Source: Anaerolineae bacterium (lineage in GTDB: Bacteria > Chloroflexota > Anaerolineae > JAAYZQ01). Taken from it: a stretch of DNA of 64,000 nucleotides. Under the pieces are notes generated by a model. The model was not told where the DNA came from. It saw only the letters and a program-made list of their open reading frames with translations, and ran no database searches. The position numbers were made by a program, and so were the translations under genes. Each line of letters opens with the position of its first letter. The stretch's first letter is position 1. The stretch spans positions 15,704 to 79,703 of the forward strand of contig DAOTXL010000102.1 of assembly GCA_034435455.1 (NCBI GenBank). The letters run 5' to 3'. Positions 40,075 through 49,667 of this stretch are shown here, piece after piece.

Positions 40075-42003
40075 CTATAAAACTGCAATGGCCTGGGCTG
40101 CCAGCCGGCTGAGGGTGGCGCTGTTGAACCGCTGCCAGGCCTGAGGAAAGGCCGCCAGCAGACGCTGGAGGTCCGATTGCCTGACGGCCAGGTAGGCGGC
40201 CACGCCGGGGGCAATTACCGGCGCCGGCCGGTCGGGCGAGGGGATCGCGGCGACCTCACCGCCCCACGTGCCCCACATCAAAAAGTCGCGCAGGATGCGG
40301 CTGGCCACCACGGCATCCTGTAGCTCGCCCAGGTGGTCCTGCAGGGCGACGACCTCTTCGATGAGAGCGGGGGTCTCTGGCCCCAACAGTTCGTTCAAGA
40401 ACTCTAGCGTGTAGCGCAGTTGCTTGCAGGCGATGCGCAGGGCGTGGAGCCTGGTGAGGGGCGGGTTGGGGATGCTCACCCACTCGTCGTAGGCGCGGAC
40501 GGCCGCCAGCCGCTCATAGACCGTCACAGGCGCCACGTGGCGCACGCGGCAGGGGCGGGGTTCCCCGTCGTCCAGGGTGATGGGCCGGCTGCCCAGGCCC
40601 TCGGTCTCCACAAATTCGGTAAAGCGCTCCCGGAAGCGGGCATATTTTCCACCATCCAGGTAGGCGAGCATGGCCCGGCGGGCTGCGTCGCGCTGTTCCT
40701 CCAACACGGCCAGAAATCGGTCCAGGCTGCCCCGTTGCGCTTCGGGCAGGGTATCCAGATAAGCCTGGACTCGGGCACGAAAGACATCCAGGTCGCGCAC
40801 TGCGCCCAGCACCCGGCCGGTGCGCCGCAGCCCTTTCAGCAGTGGGGCGGTGACCTGGGGTTCGTAATAGTCGCCAAAGATGCGAAAGGCAGCCCGCATC
40901 CGCCGCGTGGCGACGCGCATATCGTGCAGCGCCTCGATATCCTGGCCCAGCCGTGTGCCCGGTTCGTGGAAGAGCATCCGCCGCCAGTGGAAGCGCAAGA
41001 CCTTGCGCCCCGCCTCGCTCATCAGGTCATCCGGTTCGAGCCCCGGCTTTTTGAGCAGTTCAACCTGGGGAGCCGGTGAGGGGGGGGGAGCTATCGGCAC
41101 CCCTTCGGTGGCGGCCGGTGGTGGCCGGTGGACCTCCACAGGCCCGGCGGCGGGAGCCAGGTTCAGCGCCTGGGGGGGAAAGATGCCCAGCCGCTGTCGG
41201 CGGAAGGCGCTCAGCCAGTGACGAGCGCGGCGCGACGACAGCCCGGCCCGCTCCAGCATCTCGGCGCGGGGCAGGCCGTCGTCCCAGGCCAGCAGCAGAC
41301 GGGCGCGGCGGGCAAGCGCCTCCCGTTCCCTGCTCAGCCGCTCGACGAGGGCCCGTTCCGCAGGGGTCAGACGCGGCTCTGAGCCGGCCGGGGACAGAGC
41401 CAGGGCCCGCTCGAACTTGGAGCGGGGCTCTGGAACCAGGCCCCACCCCGCTTGCAGGTCGGCCACCAGCCGGTTCAGGTCTGCCTGGCTGCCATCGGCC
41501 AGGAGCTCGGCCTCCAGTTCCAGGAAGCTGGCGATGGGTTGGCGTGTCTCGCCCCCGTACACCTCGACGCGGTCCAGGGCCAGTTCGGCCACGGCGCGGT
41601 CGCCGTCATACACCAGACGACAGTGGCGGGTCTGTTCCAGCTCAAAGAGGGGGAGGAGCGGCTCATCGCCGCACAAACGCAGGGCCAGGTCGCGGGCCCG
41701 GCCGGGCGGCCATTCCTGGGGAGGCAGGGGGCCGTCCAGTTCGACCTGATGCTCGGCCCGGCGATGGATCGCCCCGGCGGCGGTGCCCAGGCCCTTGAGG
41801 GTGGCCAGGGTGCGCCCCTCCTGCCGGCGCAACCGGCAGGCATAGCCGCCGGCCAGGATGGCCCGGTCGGCCGTATCCAGGTAGCGGTCGTGGAGCCGGG
41901 TCAGCGAGGCCCGGCCCAGGGTGAATCCGGCCAGCGCCGTCGCTTCCAGCAGGCGCCGGAACGTCTGCTCATCGGGAACGCCGAATTTGGCCTCGATCTC
42001 CAC
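40075..42003 (-). CDS. CYTH domain plus CHAD domain protein (triphosphate tunnel metalloenzyme fused to CHAD)
   Basis: N-terminal MEIEAKF (ExExK triphosphate-tunnel start). C-terminal CHAD helices with conserved His pattern (ALHDMRVATRRMRAAFRIF). Confidence 0.7.
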   Translation of the reverse strand: MEIEAKFGVPDEQTFRRLLEATALAGFTLGRASLTRLHDRYLDTADRAILAGGYACRLRRQEGRTLATLKGLGTAAGAIHRRAEHQVELDGPLPPQEWPPGRARDLALRLCGDEPLLPLFELEQTRHCRLVYDGDRAVAELALDRVEVYGGETRQPIASFLELEAELLADGSQADLNRLVADLQAGWGLVPEPRSKFERALALSPAGSEPRLTPAERALVERLSREREALARRARLLLAWDDGLPRAEMLERAGLSSRRARHWLSAFRRQRLGIFPPQALNLAPAAGPVEVHRPPPAATEGVPIAPPPSPAPQVELLKKPGLEPDDLMSEAGRKVLRFHWRRMLFHEPGTRLGQDIEALHDMRVATRRMRAAFRIFGDYYEPQVTAPLLKGLRRTGRVLGAVRDLDVFRARVQAYLDTLPEAQRGSLDRFLAVLEEQRDAARRAMLAYLDGGKYARFRERFTEFVETEGLGSRPITLDDGEPRPCRVRHVAPVTVYERLAAVRAYDEWVSIPNPPLTRLHALRIACKQLRYTLEFLNELLGPETPALIEEVVALQDHLGELQDAVVASRILRDFLMWGTWGGEVAAIPSPDRPAPVIAPGVAAYLAVRQSDLQRLLAAFPQAWQRFNSATLSRLAAQAIAVL

Positions 42004-42124
42004 AGGAAGCCGCCTTCCTCCCCCTCCGACCCGGTGGCCGGTTGCCCTGGTGGGTCAGGTGGAACTATATCACATCTTGCGATTTTGCGCAAACCACCGC
42101 CCCTTGGGCCTTTCAACCGGCACC

Positions 42125-43912
42125 TTACAGGTTATCAACCCGCGACCGCAGTTGCCCCAACGTGGCGTTGATCGTGCCCAACTCCCCCTCGATCCGGGCC
42201 AGTTTTTGCTGTTCGGCGCGGACAAAGCGGGTGTAGGGTTCGATCGCCTCGCGGAGCCGTTGCAGGCTGTGGGCCAGTTCCCGCTCGAATTCCGCGCTCA
42301 TGGCGGCTATCAACTGATGGCGCAGGTTCTCCAGTTTTTCGTTCAGGTCGTTCTTGGCCCGCCGCCGCCTGGCGGGGATGATGAGGAGGCCCACCACAGC
42401 CAGGGCCCCGGCCGACAGGAGGCCGGTAAAGTCGAGCAGCGCCCCGTGGAGGATGGCCACCAGCAGGGCCCCCAACCCCACCGCCCCTACCTGGCTCAGG
42501 GCCAGCCCCGCCACCGCGTCGCGCACACTCAGGGCCAGTTGGCGGGCCTCGGCCTCGCGGTCGTAGCTCAGCACCACCTCTTTGGCCGCCCGCCCCACCG
42601 AATCGAGCAGCGCCTGGCGGTTGTACTCGAACGTGCCGCCCACCTGGCCGATGATCCGCTCCTCTCCCCGCGGTGCCGGCGAATCGGCCCGCTCGTGCAT
42701 CCTGGCCCGATGGCGCTCCAGGTACTCCAGCGTCGCCTGCCATTGGCGCAGGTCTCTGTCTACCAGCCAATCGATCAGGGTGTGGACCTGGCGTTCGATC
42801 TCATAGGGGGTGTCGGCCACCACCTGCCGCTCGAACTCGCCGCGGATGCGTTGGGTGTTGATCAGGTCCAAGACGCGGGCCAGGCGCAACGTCTCGTCCA
42901 GGTAGGCCATGCCCCGGTTGTTCATAGCCAGCAGCACCTTCTCGATATCGGCCAGGCGGTAGCGAAAGTCGCGCTGCATGTCGGCGCGATAGATCTCGAG
43001 CTGGCCCTCGATGTTTTCGATGGCCTTGAGGTCTTGGGCCAGGAGCGCCAGACGGTGGCGGGCCAGTTCCAGGTAGCCGGCTGCCAGCCGCTCGCCCACG
43101 CCCAGGGGGTTCTGCAGCTTGAGCTGCACCCGGCTCTTTTGATCCAGCGTTTTGAGGATATACACTTCGACCGCCTCGAAGCGGCTGGCTGCCCACAGCT
43201 TTTCCCGCTCGGCGCGGCTTTCGGCCTGCTTGGCCCGCAATGCCAGCCGGGCCGACACCGGAAAGACCTCGGGGGCAAAGCCCAGCAGGGCCAGGGCATT
43301 CTGCCGGATATAGTCCACCACCTGGGCGATCTCGGCCTCCTCCAGCAGGTCGATCTTGTTGAGCAGGATGACCACCTTTTTGCCCCACTCGCGGATGCGC
43401 TCCATGAAGGCCCGTTCGCTCTCGGTGAAGGGCCGGTCGGTGGACGTGACAAAGACCACCAGGTCGCTGCGCGGCACAAATTCCGAGGTCAACTGCTCGT
43501 GGCGGCGGATAATGGCGTTGGTGCCGGGGGTATCCACCAGGTTGATCTCGCGCAGGAACTCGGCCGGATGGGTGACCGCCAGTACCCCTTCTTCTACCAC
43601 CTCCTGGTCAGGGGTATCGCCATGGCGCAGGATATAGATCTGAGCGGTGGTGGGCGTCACCCCCTCAGGCAGGAAGCGCTCACCCAGCAGGGCGTTGATA
43701 AAGGCCGACTTGCCGCTGTTGAACTCGCCGACGATGACCAGCAGGAACAGCTCATCGAGCTGGCGCAGCGACTTTTGCAGCGTCTTCTGGTCCTCCGGCG
43801 TGACCTCAAAGCCGGCCAGGGCCAGTTGCAGGCGCTCCAGGGCCTCTTTTTCATCGGTGAGCAGTTGGGCTTGTTTGCGGTTCAGAACAGTTCGGAGCAC
43901 GGTTACCCTCAC
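42125..43912 (-). CDS. bacterial dynamin-like GTPase
   Basis: G1 GEFNSGKSAFINALLG, G3 DTPG, and TKxD of the dynamin family. Long helical stalk. Hydrophobic paddle near the C-terminus (LGALLVAILHGALLDFTGLLSAGALAVVGLLI). Confidence 0.7.
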   Translation of the reverse strand: MRVTVLRTVLNRKQAQLLTDEKEALERLQLALAGFEVTPEDQKTLQKSLRQLDELFLLVIVGEFNSGKSAFINALLGERFLPEGVTPTTAQIYILRHGDTPDQEVVEEGVLAVTHPAEFLREINLVDTPGTNAIIRRHEQLTSEFVPRSDLVVFVTSTDRPFTESERAFMERIREWGKKVVILLNKIDLLEEAEIAQVVDYIRQNALALLGFAPEVFPVSARLALRAKQAESRAEREKLWAASRFEAVEVYILKTLDQKSRVQLKLQNPLGVGERLAAGYLELARHRLALLAQDLKAIENIEGQLEIYRADMQRDFRYRLADIEKVLLAMNNRGMAYLDETLRLARVLDLINTQRIRGEFERQVVADTPYEIERQVHTLIDWLVDRDLRQWQATLEYLERHRARMHERADSPAPRGEERIIGQVGGTFEYNRQALLDSVGRAAKEVVLSYDREAEARQLALSVRDAVAGLALSQVGAVGLGALLVAILHGALLDFTGLLSAGALAVVGLLIIPARRRRAKNDLNEKLENLRHQLIAAMSAEFERELAHSLQRLREAIEPYTRFVRAEQQKLARIEGELGTINATLGQLRSRVDNL

Positions 43913-43927
43913 AAAAGATCTTCCTGC

Positions 43928-44869
43928 TTACCTCCACAGCCACAGCAGCCGCGGTCGCCGCTCGTCCAGGCGCAGGCCGGCCTCCTGGGCCAGGCGCACC
44001 GCCTCGGCGTACTCCTGGGTGGTGATGGGCCGGTTCAGTGGCGGCAGCCCGTGGGCCCGGTAGCAGGGCCGGTATTGGGCCATCACGTTGATATACGTGT
44101 TGGGCGAGACCTGGTCGCGCAAGAAGCGGACGATCTCGGCCGTGCCGGCCAGGCCTTCGGGCAGGACCAGGTGGCGGACCAGCAACCCCCGCCGGGCCAC
44201 GCCCCGCTCGTCCATCGTCAGGTCGCCCACCTGGCGGTGCATCTCTTTGACAGCGGCCTGGTTGGCCGCCGGATAGTGGCCGATCCCGGAATAGCGCCGG
44301 GCCACCGCGGCATCGGCATATTTCATGTCGGGCATGTAGATGTCCACCACGCCGTCCAACAGGGCCAGCGTCTGGAGCGAATCGTAGCCGCCGCTGTTAT
44401 AGACCAGCGGCAACCGCAGCCCCGCCTCGGCGGCGATGAGCAACCCGGCCAGGATCTGCGGCACTACGTGGCTGGGCGACACCAGGTTGATGTTGTGGCA
44501 GCCCTGGCTTTGCAGGCTGAGCATCATGCGGGCCAGCTCCTCCGGTTCGACCTCGCGCCCCTGGCCCAACTGGCTGATGTCATAGTTCTGACAGTATTGG
44601 CAGCGCAGGTTACACCAGGTGAAAAAGATCGTCCCCGACCCCCCGCTGCCCACCAGCGGGTCCTCTTCGCCAAAGTGGGGGCCATAGCTGGAGACCCAGG
44701 CCCGCTCCCCTGTGTGGCAGCCTGCCTTATCGGGGTCCAGACGGCGATTGATGCCACACGTGCGGGCGCAGAGATCGCACGCTTCCAGCCGGGCGTACGC
44801 CTCTGCCACACGGCGCTTTAGCTCGCCGGAGCGGAGGAGAGCCAGGTAAGCAGGCTCAAACCGTTCCAT
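43928..44869 (-). CDS. radical SAM protein (PflX/COG1313-like activating-enzyme type)
   Basis: CNLRCQYCQN CxxxCxxC cluster motif. Start refined to ATG 44869 (MERFEPAY) so that it does not overlap the exonuclease gene. Confidence 0.65.
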   Translation of the reverse strand: MERFEPAYLALLRSGELKRRVAEAYARLEACDLCARTCGINRRLDPDKAGCHTGERAWVSSYGPHFGEEDPLVGSGGSGTIFFTWCNLRCQYCQNYDISQLGQGREVEPEELARMMLSLQSQGCHNINLVSPSHVVPQILAGLLIAAEAGLRLPLVYNSGGYDSLQTLALLDGVVDIYMPDMKYADAAVARRYSGIGHYPAANQAAVKEMHRQVGDLTMDERGVARRGLLVRHLVLPEGLAGTAEIVRFLRDQVSPNTYINVMAQYRPCYRAHGLPPLNRPITTQEYAEAVRLAQEAGLRLDERRPRLLWLWR

Positions 44870-44913
44870 CGCCTTCACGGGGTCCCTCAGGGTCAAGCAG
44901 CCTGGACCCTGCT

Positions 44914-45444
44914 TCACCAACTCACCGCCACCATCCTGACCTGCCAGTTTCGGTCCCGGTACTTGACATGTTTGTGCTGTCGCCCATACTCGTACAACTG
45001 CCGCGTCACTTCCACATCCTGCTGGCAATAGTCCAGGATTTCCTGGATGCGGCCCTCTTTGTACCAGCGCACCGCCTGCAGGCCATCGGCTGACTTGCCG
45101 ATGCCCAACGTGGCGCTCGCCAGGTCGCCCAGGCTGACCCGAAAGCCCAACCGCCGGTAGAGGTGCTCCAGCATGTCCACCGTGGGGAGGTGGTCCAACC
45201 GTTCCTCGGTATAGGCGTGCAGCACCTCATAGTCGAAGCGCAGCACGTTAAAGCCCACCACCAGGTCAGCGGCTTTCAGTTCGGCGATCAGGCCGGCGAC
45301 GGTCCCTTCGGTGTAATGGTGGAAGGCCCCGTCGGCGGTGGAATAGGTCACGGCGGCGGCCAGGCCCAGCTTGCGGATGTTGTGCCGCCCTCCCACCTCG
45401 TCGAAGGTATGTTGGGTTTCGACGTCAAAAAAGACCGTGTTCAT
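44914..45444 (-). CDS. DEDD-family 3'-5' exonuclease
   Basis: Exo I FFDVET, Exo II FNVLRFD, Exo III YCQQDVEVTRQLY-type motifs. 176 aa. Confidence 0.65.
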   Translation of the reverse strand: MNTVFFDVETQHTFDEVGGRHNIRKLGLAAAVTYSTADGAFHHYTEGTVAGLIAELKAADLVVGFNVLRFDYEVLHAYTEERLDHLPTVDMLEHLYRRLGFRVSLGDLASATLGIGKSADGLQAVRWYKEGRIQEILDYCQQDVEVTRQLYEYGRQHKHVKYRDRNWQVRMVAVSW

Positions 45445-45493
45445 CCAACAACTCCAATCTATCCCGACAATGTCACATTGGCGGAGCGGATGA

Positions 45494-45559
45494 GGGACTT
45501 CCCCTCTCCCCTACCCCCTGGCCCCCTTCCCCTCTCCGCCGCGGGAGAGGGGAAGGGGG
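45494..45559. repeat. C/T-rich palindromic element (perfect 16-bp stem CCCCCTTCCCCTCTCC-GCCGCG-GGAGAGGGGAAGGGGG) preceded by a related half-repeat
   Basis: Read directly. Lies in the exonuclease/murE intergenic region. Confidence 0.75.
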
Positions 45560-45751
45560 TTGGGGGATGGGGTGAGGTCAAAGCGAACAACATCCAAGAC
45601 AGATCTGTTCCTGGATTGCTTCTCGCAAGCCCGTTCCGGTTGACCTCATCTCCAGACAGTCGGTGCAAAGTTAACATCTACGGTTTCCAGATATGCCTTA
45701 TTTTATCACGAACCGCCCCCCGGCGCAAGCGAGAGTGCACCTCACAAGCTT

Positions 45752-45780
45752 TTGACGGCTGCCCTCCTTTGGGGTATACT
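45752..45780 (+). promoter_or_regulatory. sigma70 promoter (TTGACG-17-TATACT) for murE
   Basis: TTGACG at 45752-45757, 17-nt spacer, TATACT at 45775-45780. GGAGAAGG RBS before ATG 45807. Confidence 0.5.
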
Positions 45781-45806
45781 GTATGCCGGGCAAACAGGAG
45801 AAGGAA

Positions 45807-47333
45807 ATGGCGCTTCCACTGGCCGGTCTGGTTGACGCTCTACCGCGCGCCGACGTTCGCGGCGACACAGACATTACCATCACCGCTCTCACCTCCGACT
45901 CGCGGCAGGTGAAGCCCGGCAGCCTGTTCGTTGCTTATCGCGGCGTGGCGGCGGATGGCCACGATTTTATCCCCCAGGCCGTGGCCAACGGCGCGGTGGC
46001 CCTTGTGGCCGAGAGGGAGGTGCCGGGCCTGGCGGTGCCGCTCGTTGTCGTGCCCAACGGGCGAGAAGCGCTGGCCTATCTGGCCGCGGCGTGGCACGGC
46101 TTCCCGGCGCGCCGGCTGACCGTCATCGGCGTGACCGGCACCGACGGCAAGACGACCACCTGCAACCTGCTGCACAGCATCCTGACCGCTGCCGGCCGCC
46201 GGGCGGGGCTGATCACCACCGTCAATGCCCTCATCGGCGACCGGGCGTTCGACACCGGCCTGCACACCACCACCCCCGACGCTCCCGATGTGCAACGCTA
46301 CCTGGCAGAGATGGTAAAAGCGGGCATGGAACTGGCCGTGGTAGAGGCCACCTCCCACGGCCTGGAGCAGCATCGCGTTGCTGCCTGCGATTTCGATGTG
46401 GCGGTTGTGACCAACGTCACCCACGAGCACCTGGACATCCACGGCAGCCTGGAGGCCTACCGTCAGGCCAAGGCCACCCTCTTTCGCCACCTGATGGCCG
46501 GTTATCGCAAGCCGGGCATCCCCAAGGTGGCGGTTCTCAATGCCGATGACGATTCCTACCGCTATCTGCGCCCGATCCCTGCCGACCGGCATCTGACCTA
46601 CAGCATCGGCGGCAATGCCGATGTGGTGGCGACCGACCTCTGGCGCTCGCCTTCCGGCAGCCGCTTCGTGGTTCGATCACCCGGCGGCGAGATAGAGCTG
46701 CACACGGCGCTGGTGGGGGACTATAACGTATCCAACATCCTGGCCGCCATGACCGCTGCCCTGGCCCTGGGCGTGCCGACGACGGCCATCCGGCAGGGGG
46801 TATGGGCGGTCCAGGGCGTCGTCGGGCGCATGGAACGGGTGGACGAAGGCCAGGACTTTACCGCCATCGTGGACTTTGCCCATACCCCCAACGCCCTGCA
46901 ACGGGCGTTGGAAACGGCCCGCACCCTGACCCAGGGGCGTGTCATCGCCGTATTCGGCTGCGCCGGCGAGCGGGATGTAGCCAAGCGGGCCTGGATGGGC
47001 GGAATCGGTGCCCGGCTGGCCGACGTGACGGTCCTGACCGCCGAGGACCCCCGCCGTGAGTCGCTGGCGGCCATCCTGGACGAGATGGCGCGGGGCGCGG
47101 CGGGGGCCGGTGCCGTCGAGGGGGAATCGTACTTTTGCGTGCCCGACCGGGCCGAGGCGATCCGGTTCGCGGTGGACCTGGCCCGCCCCGGCGACCTGGT
47201 CATCTGTTGCGGCAAGGGGCACGAGCAATCCATGTGCTACGGCACCGTCGAGACGCCCTGGAGCGAGCATCAGGCGCTGCGGGAGGCGTTACGGCGGCGC
47301 ATTGCCAGGACGATGAAGCGGAGTGAACCATGA
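45807..47333 (+). CDS. murE: UDP-N-acetylmuramoyl-L-alanyl-D-glutamate--2,6-diaminopimelate ligase
   Basis: Mur ligase P-loop VIGVTGTDGKTTT. The DNPR-like motif region distinguishes MurE. 509 aa. Confidence 0.85.
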   Translation: MALPLAGLVDALPRADVRGDTDITITALTSDSRQVKPGSLFVAYRGVAADGHDFIPQAVANGAVALVAEREVPGLAVPLVVVPNGREALAYLAAAWHGFPARRLTVIGVTGTDGKTTTCNLLHSILTAAGRRAGLITTVNALIGDRAFDTGLHTTTPDAPDVQRYLAEMVKAGMELAVVEATSHGLEQHRVAACDFDVAVVTNVTHEHLDIHGSLEAYRQAKATLFRHLMAGYRKPGIPKVAVLNADDDSYRYLRPIPADRHLTYSIGGNADVVATDLWRSPSGSRFVVRSPGGEIELHTALVGDYNVSNILAAMTAALALGVPTTAIRQGVWAVQGVVGRMERVDEGQDFTAIVDFAHTPNALQRALETARTLTQGRVIAVFGCAGERDVAKRAWMGGIGARLADVTVLTAEDPRRESLAAILDEMARGAAGAGAVEGESYFCVPDRAEAIRFAVDLARPGDLVICCGKGHEQSMCYGTVETPWSEHQALREALRRRIARTMKRSEP

Positions 47334-48880
47334 ACCTGTTGTCTGTCTTGTTGGCCCTGTCGCCGGTCCTGATCATCCTGCTCCTGTTGACCCTGCGCCG
47401 CACGGCTGCCGACACGGCAGGCGTCATCGGCTGGGTTGCTGCCGTGCTCGTGGCCTGGCTCTACTTCAAGACGCCACCGGGTGTCATCCTGTCGGCCAGC
47501 CTGGCCGGGGTGGTGGCCTCGCTGCCCATCGCCCTGGTGGTGGCAACCTCGATCTTGCAGGTCACGATCCTGATCGAGACGGGGGCCATCGCCCGCATCG
47601 TGGCCCTCGTCAAGAGCGTGGCCGTGGGCGATCAGGGGGTACAGATCATGCTCCTCAACGTTGGCTGCGGGACGCTGCTGACGGCATTGGGCGCGGTGCC
47701 GGTCTCGATCCTGCCGCCGATCCTGATCGCCCTGGGCTATACCCCCTTTGCGGCCATCGCCCTGCCGGCCATCGGCTACGATGCCCTGTGCACCTACGCC
47801 CTGCTGGGTATCCCGGTGGTTGTCTTTGCCGGCTTTGTCAACCTGCCGGTGGGGGAGGCGGGGGAATATTTTGCCCGGTTCATGCCGGTCATCAGTTCGG
47901 GCATCGCCCTGGGGATGCTGTGGTTGGTGGGGCGAGGGGCCATGCTGCGCCGGGGGTTCCTGCCCGCCCTCCTCGCCGGGCTGACGGCCGGGCTGGTGTG
48001 CATCGGCATGACCGCCGCCAACCTGGTCACCCTCACCGGCATCGCCGCAGGGCTGGCCGTCATCGCCGTGATGCTGGTCTACCTCAGGCTCCGGGGCAGG
48101 CCGTTGCGGGACTGCACGGTCTTGAGCCAGGCCGACCGGGCTGCCGAGCGCCAGCTGCCGCTGTGGGCAGCCCTCTCGCCCTGGATCCTGCTGACCCTCT
48201 GTGCCCTGCTGGTCAACGCCCCCTTTTCCCCCTTTTTCGACCTGACCTTCCGGCGATGGGCCATGCCGGTCGAGATCATCCCCGGCGCCCCGGAAAAGGT
48301 GCGCCCCCTGTGGCAGGCCTATTTCTGGATCCTGGTCAGCACGTTGCTAACCCTGCCCCTGCTCAGGCCGACGCGGGCCCAGATCGTCACCGCATGGCGC
48401 AAGTGGCTGAAGCGAGCGCCGCGGCCGGTGCTGGCCGCTGCCGTCTTTTTCGCCATCGCCTATGTCCTCAACCATTCGGGCAAGGGAGCCGACTGGCGCC
48501 TGGCCGACCCCTCGCGCAACATGATCTATGTGCTGGCCACAGCCGCCGCGGCGACCTTGGGCAAACTCTATCCCTTCGTCGCCCCCTTCCTGGGGCTGTT
48601 GGGCGGCTTTATCAGCGGCTCCGAGACCTCGTCTATCGCCATGTTGACCGCCCTGCACCGCCAGACGGCGGAGCAGATCGGCGCGGACGGGTTGCTCATC
48701 GCTGCTGCCAGCGGCATCGGCGGCGGACTGGCCAGCGTCATCTCGCCGGCCAAGCTGCAAAACGCCTCGGCGGCCATTGACCGCATCGGCGAGGAGGCCC
48801 AGGTTCTGCCCAAGACCTTCGTCATCGCCCTGATCATCACCGCGGTGGGCGCAGGGATGGCGCTGCTGTGGGCTTTTTGA
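47330..48880 (+). CDS. LctP-family (L-lactate/glycolate) permease-like transporter
   Basis: 516 aa with about 12-14 TM segments and a Gly/Ala-rich LctP-like central block. ATGA overlap with murE. Family call from overall resemblance only. Confidence 0.5.
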   Translation: MNLLSVLLALSPVLIILLLLTLRRTAADTAGVIGWVAAVLVAWLYFKTPPGVILSASLAGVVASLPIALVVATSILQVTILIETGAIARIVALVKSVAVGDQGVQIMLLNVGCGTLLTALGAVPVSILPPILIALGYTPFAAIALPAIGYDALCTYALLGIPVVVFAGFVNLPVGEAGEYFARFMPVISSGIALGMLWLVGRGAMLRRGFLPALLAGLTAGLVCIGMTAANLVTLTGIAAGLAVIAVMLVYLRLRGRPLRDCTVLSQADRAAERQLPLWAALSPWILLTLCALLVNAPFSPFFDLTFRRWAMPVEIIPGAPEKVRPLWQAYFWILVSTLLTLPLLRPTRAQIVTAWRKWLKRAPRPVLAAAVFFAIAYVLNHSGKGADWRLADPSRNMIYVLATAAAATLGKLYPFVAPFLGLLGGFISGSETSSIAMLTALHRQTAEQIGADGLLIAAASGIGGGLASVISPAKLQNASAAIDRIGEEAQVLPKTFVIALIITAVGAGMALLWAF

Positions 48881-48887
48881 CCGAACC

Positions 48888-49103
48888 GTGAACGAGACCG
48901 GGGAGAGGATCATGGTCCAAGTCATCTATCGCGACAAGACCTGGGAGGTCAGGCCGGGCAGCACCGTGCGCCACCTCATCGAGAAGGTTGGGCTGAATCC
49001 CGAATCGGTCCTGGCGGTGCGCAACGGTGTGTTGATCAACGAGGCAACCCTGACCGAAGAGGGGGACGTCATCAAACTGGTAGCGGTCGTGTCCGGGGGA
49101 TGA
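48888..49103 (+). CDS. ttuB: ThiS/MoaD-type ubiquitin-like sulfur-carrier protein (TtuB-like), C-terminal Gly-Gly
   Basis: 71 aa, ends ...VVSGG. Beta-grasp-sized. Sits 8 nt after the permease gene. Confidence 0.65.
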   Translation: MNETGERIMVQVIYRDKTWEVRPGSTVRHLIEKVGLNPESVLAVRNGVLINEATLTEEGDVIKLVAVVSGG

Positions 49104-49165
49104 GGGCTGCACGACAGGCCCCCCCATCCATCCGCTGCAAAGCAGATCAACGAGAGGAGGAATCT

Positions 49166-49573
49166 ATGACCATAGAATGGAACGATGAATTGCGGCTGGG
49201 GGTCCCTGAAATGGACGACCAGCACCAAAAACTGATCGCCCTCCTGAACCAGTTTTACGCCGCAGTAGAACGGGGAGAGCGCGAAGAGGGGATCATGGCC
49301 CTCCTGGAAGGAGTGGACCGTTACACCGTTTACCACTTTTCCGCCGAGGAGCAGTTTATGGAGCAGATCGGCTATCCCGACCTGGAGCCCCACCGGAAAA
49401 TCCACCTCGCCTTCCGACAGGAGTATCTGGCCACGGTGGAGCGGCACAAAGGGGGAGACCGGAAGGCGATCCGGGATCTGGTTGCTTCTCTCCTCTCCTG
49501 GCTGTACACCCACATCAACAAGACAGACCGACGGTATGCAACCTTTTTTCAGAAGCAGGCCGGGGGAGGTTGA
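49166..49573 (+). CDS. hemerythrin-like (bacteriohemerythrin) protein
   Basis: HxxxE and HxxxxD/H iron-ligand spacing (DDQHQKL, HFSAEEQFM, HRKIHLAFRQEY, HINKTD). Start at ATG 49166 (MTIEWND). Confidence 0.7.
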   Translation: MTIEWNDELRLGVPEMDDQHQKLIALLNQFYAAVERGEREEGIMALLEGVDRYTVYHFSAEEQFMEQIGYPDLEPHRKIHLAFRQEYLATVERHKGGDRKAIRDLVASLLSWLYTHINKTDRRYATFFQKQAGGG

Positions 49574-49667
49574 TCCCTGGTAGCAGGAGCCGAACTGTCC
49601 CCCCCGGTCCCTTCCTCACTCCGGCGCGGCGCGGGGGCAACGGAACAGGGGTCCAAGGCAAGGTGAC

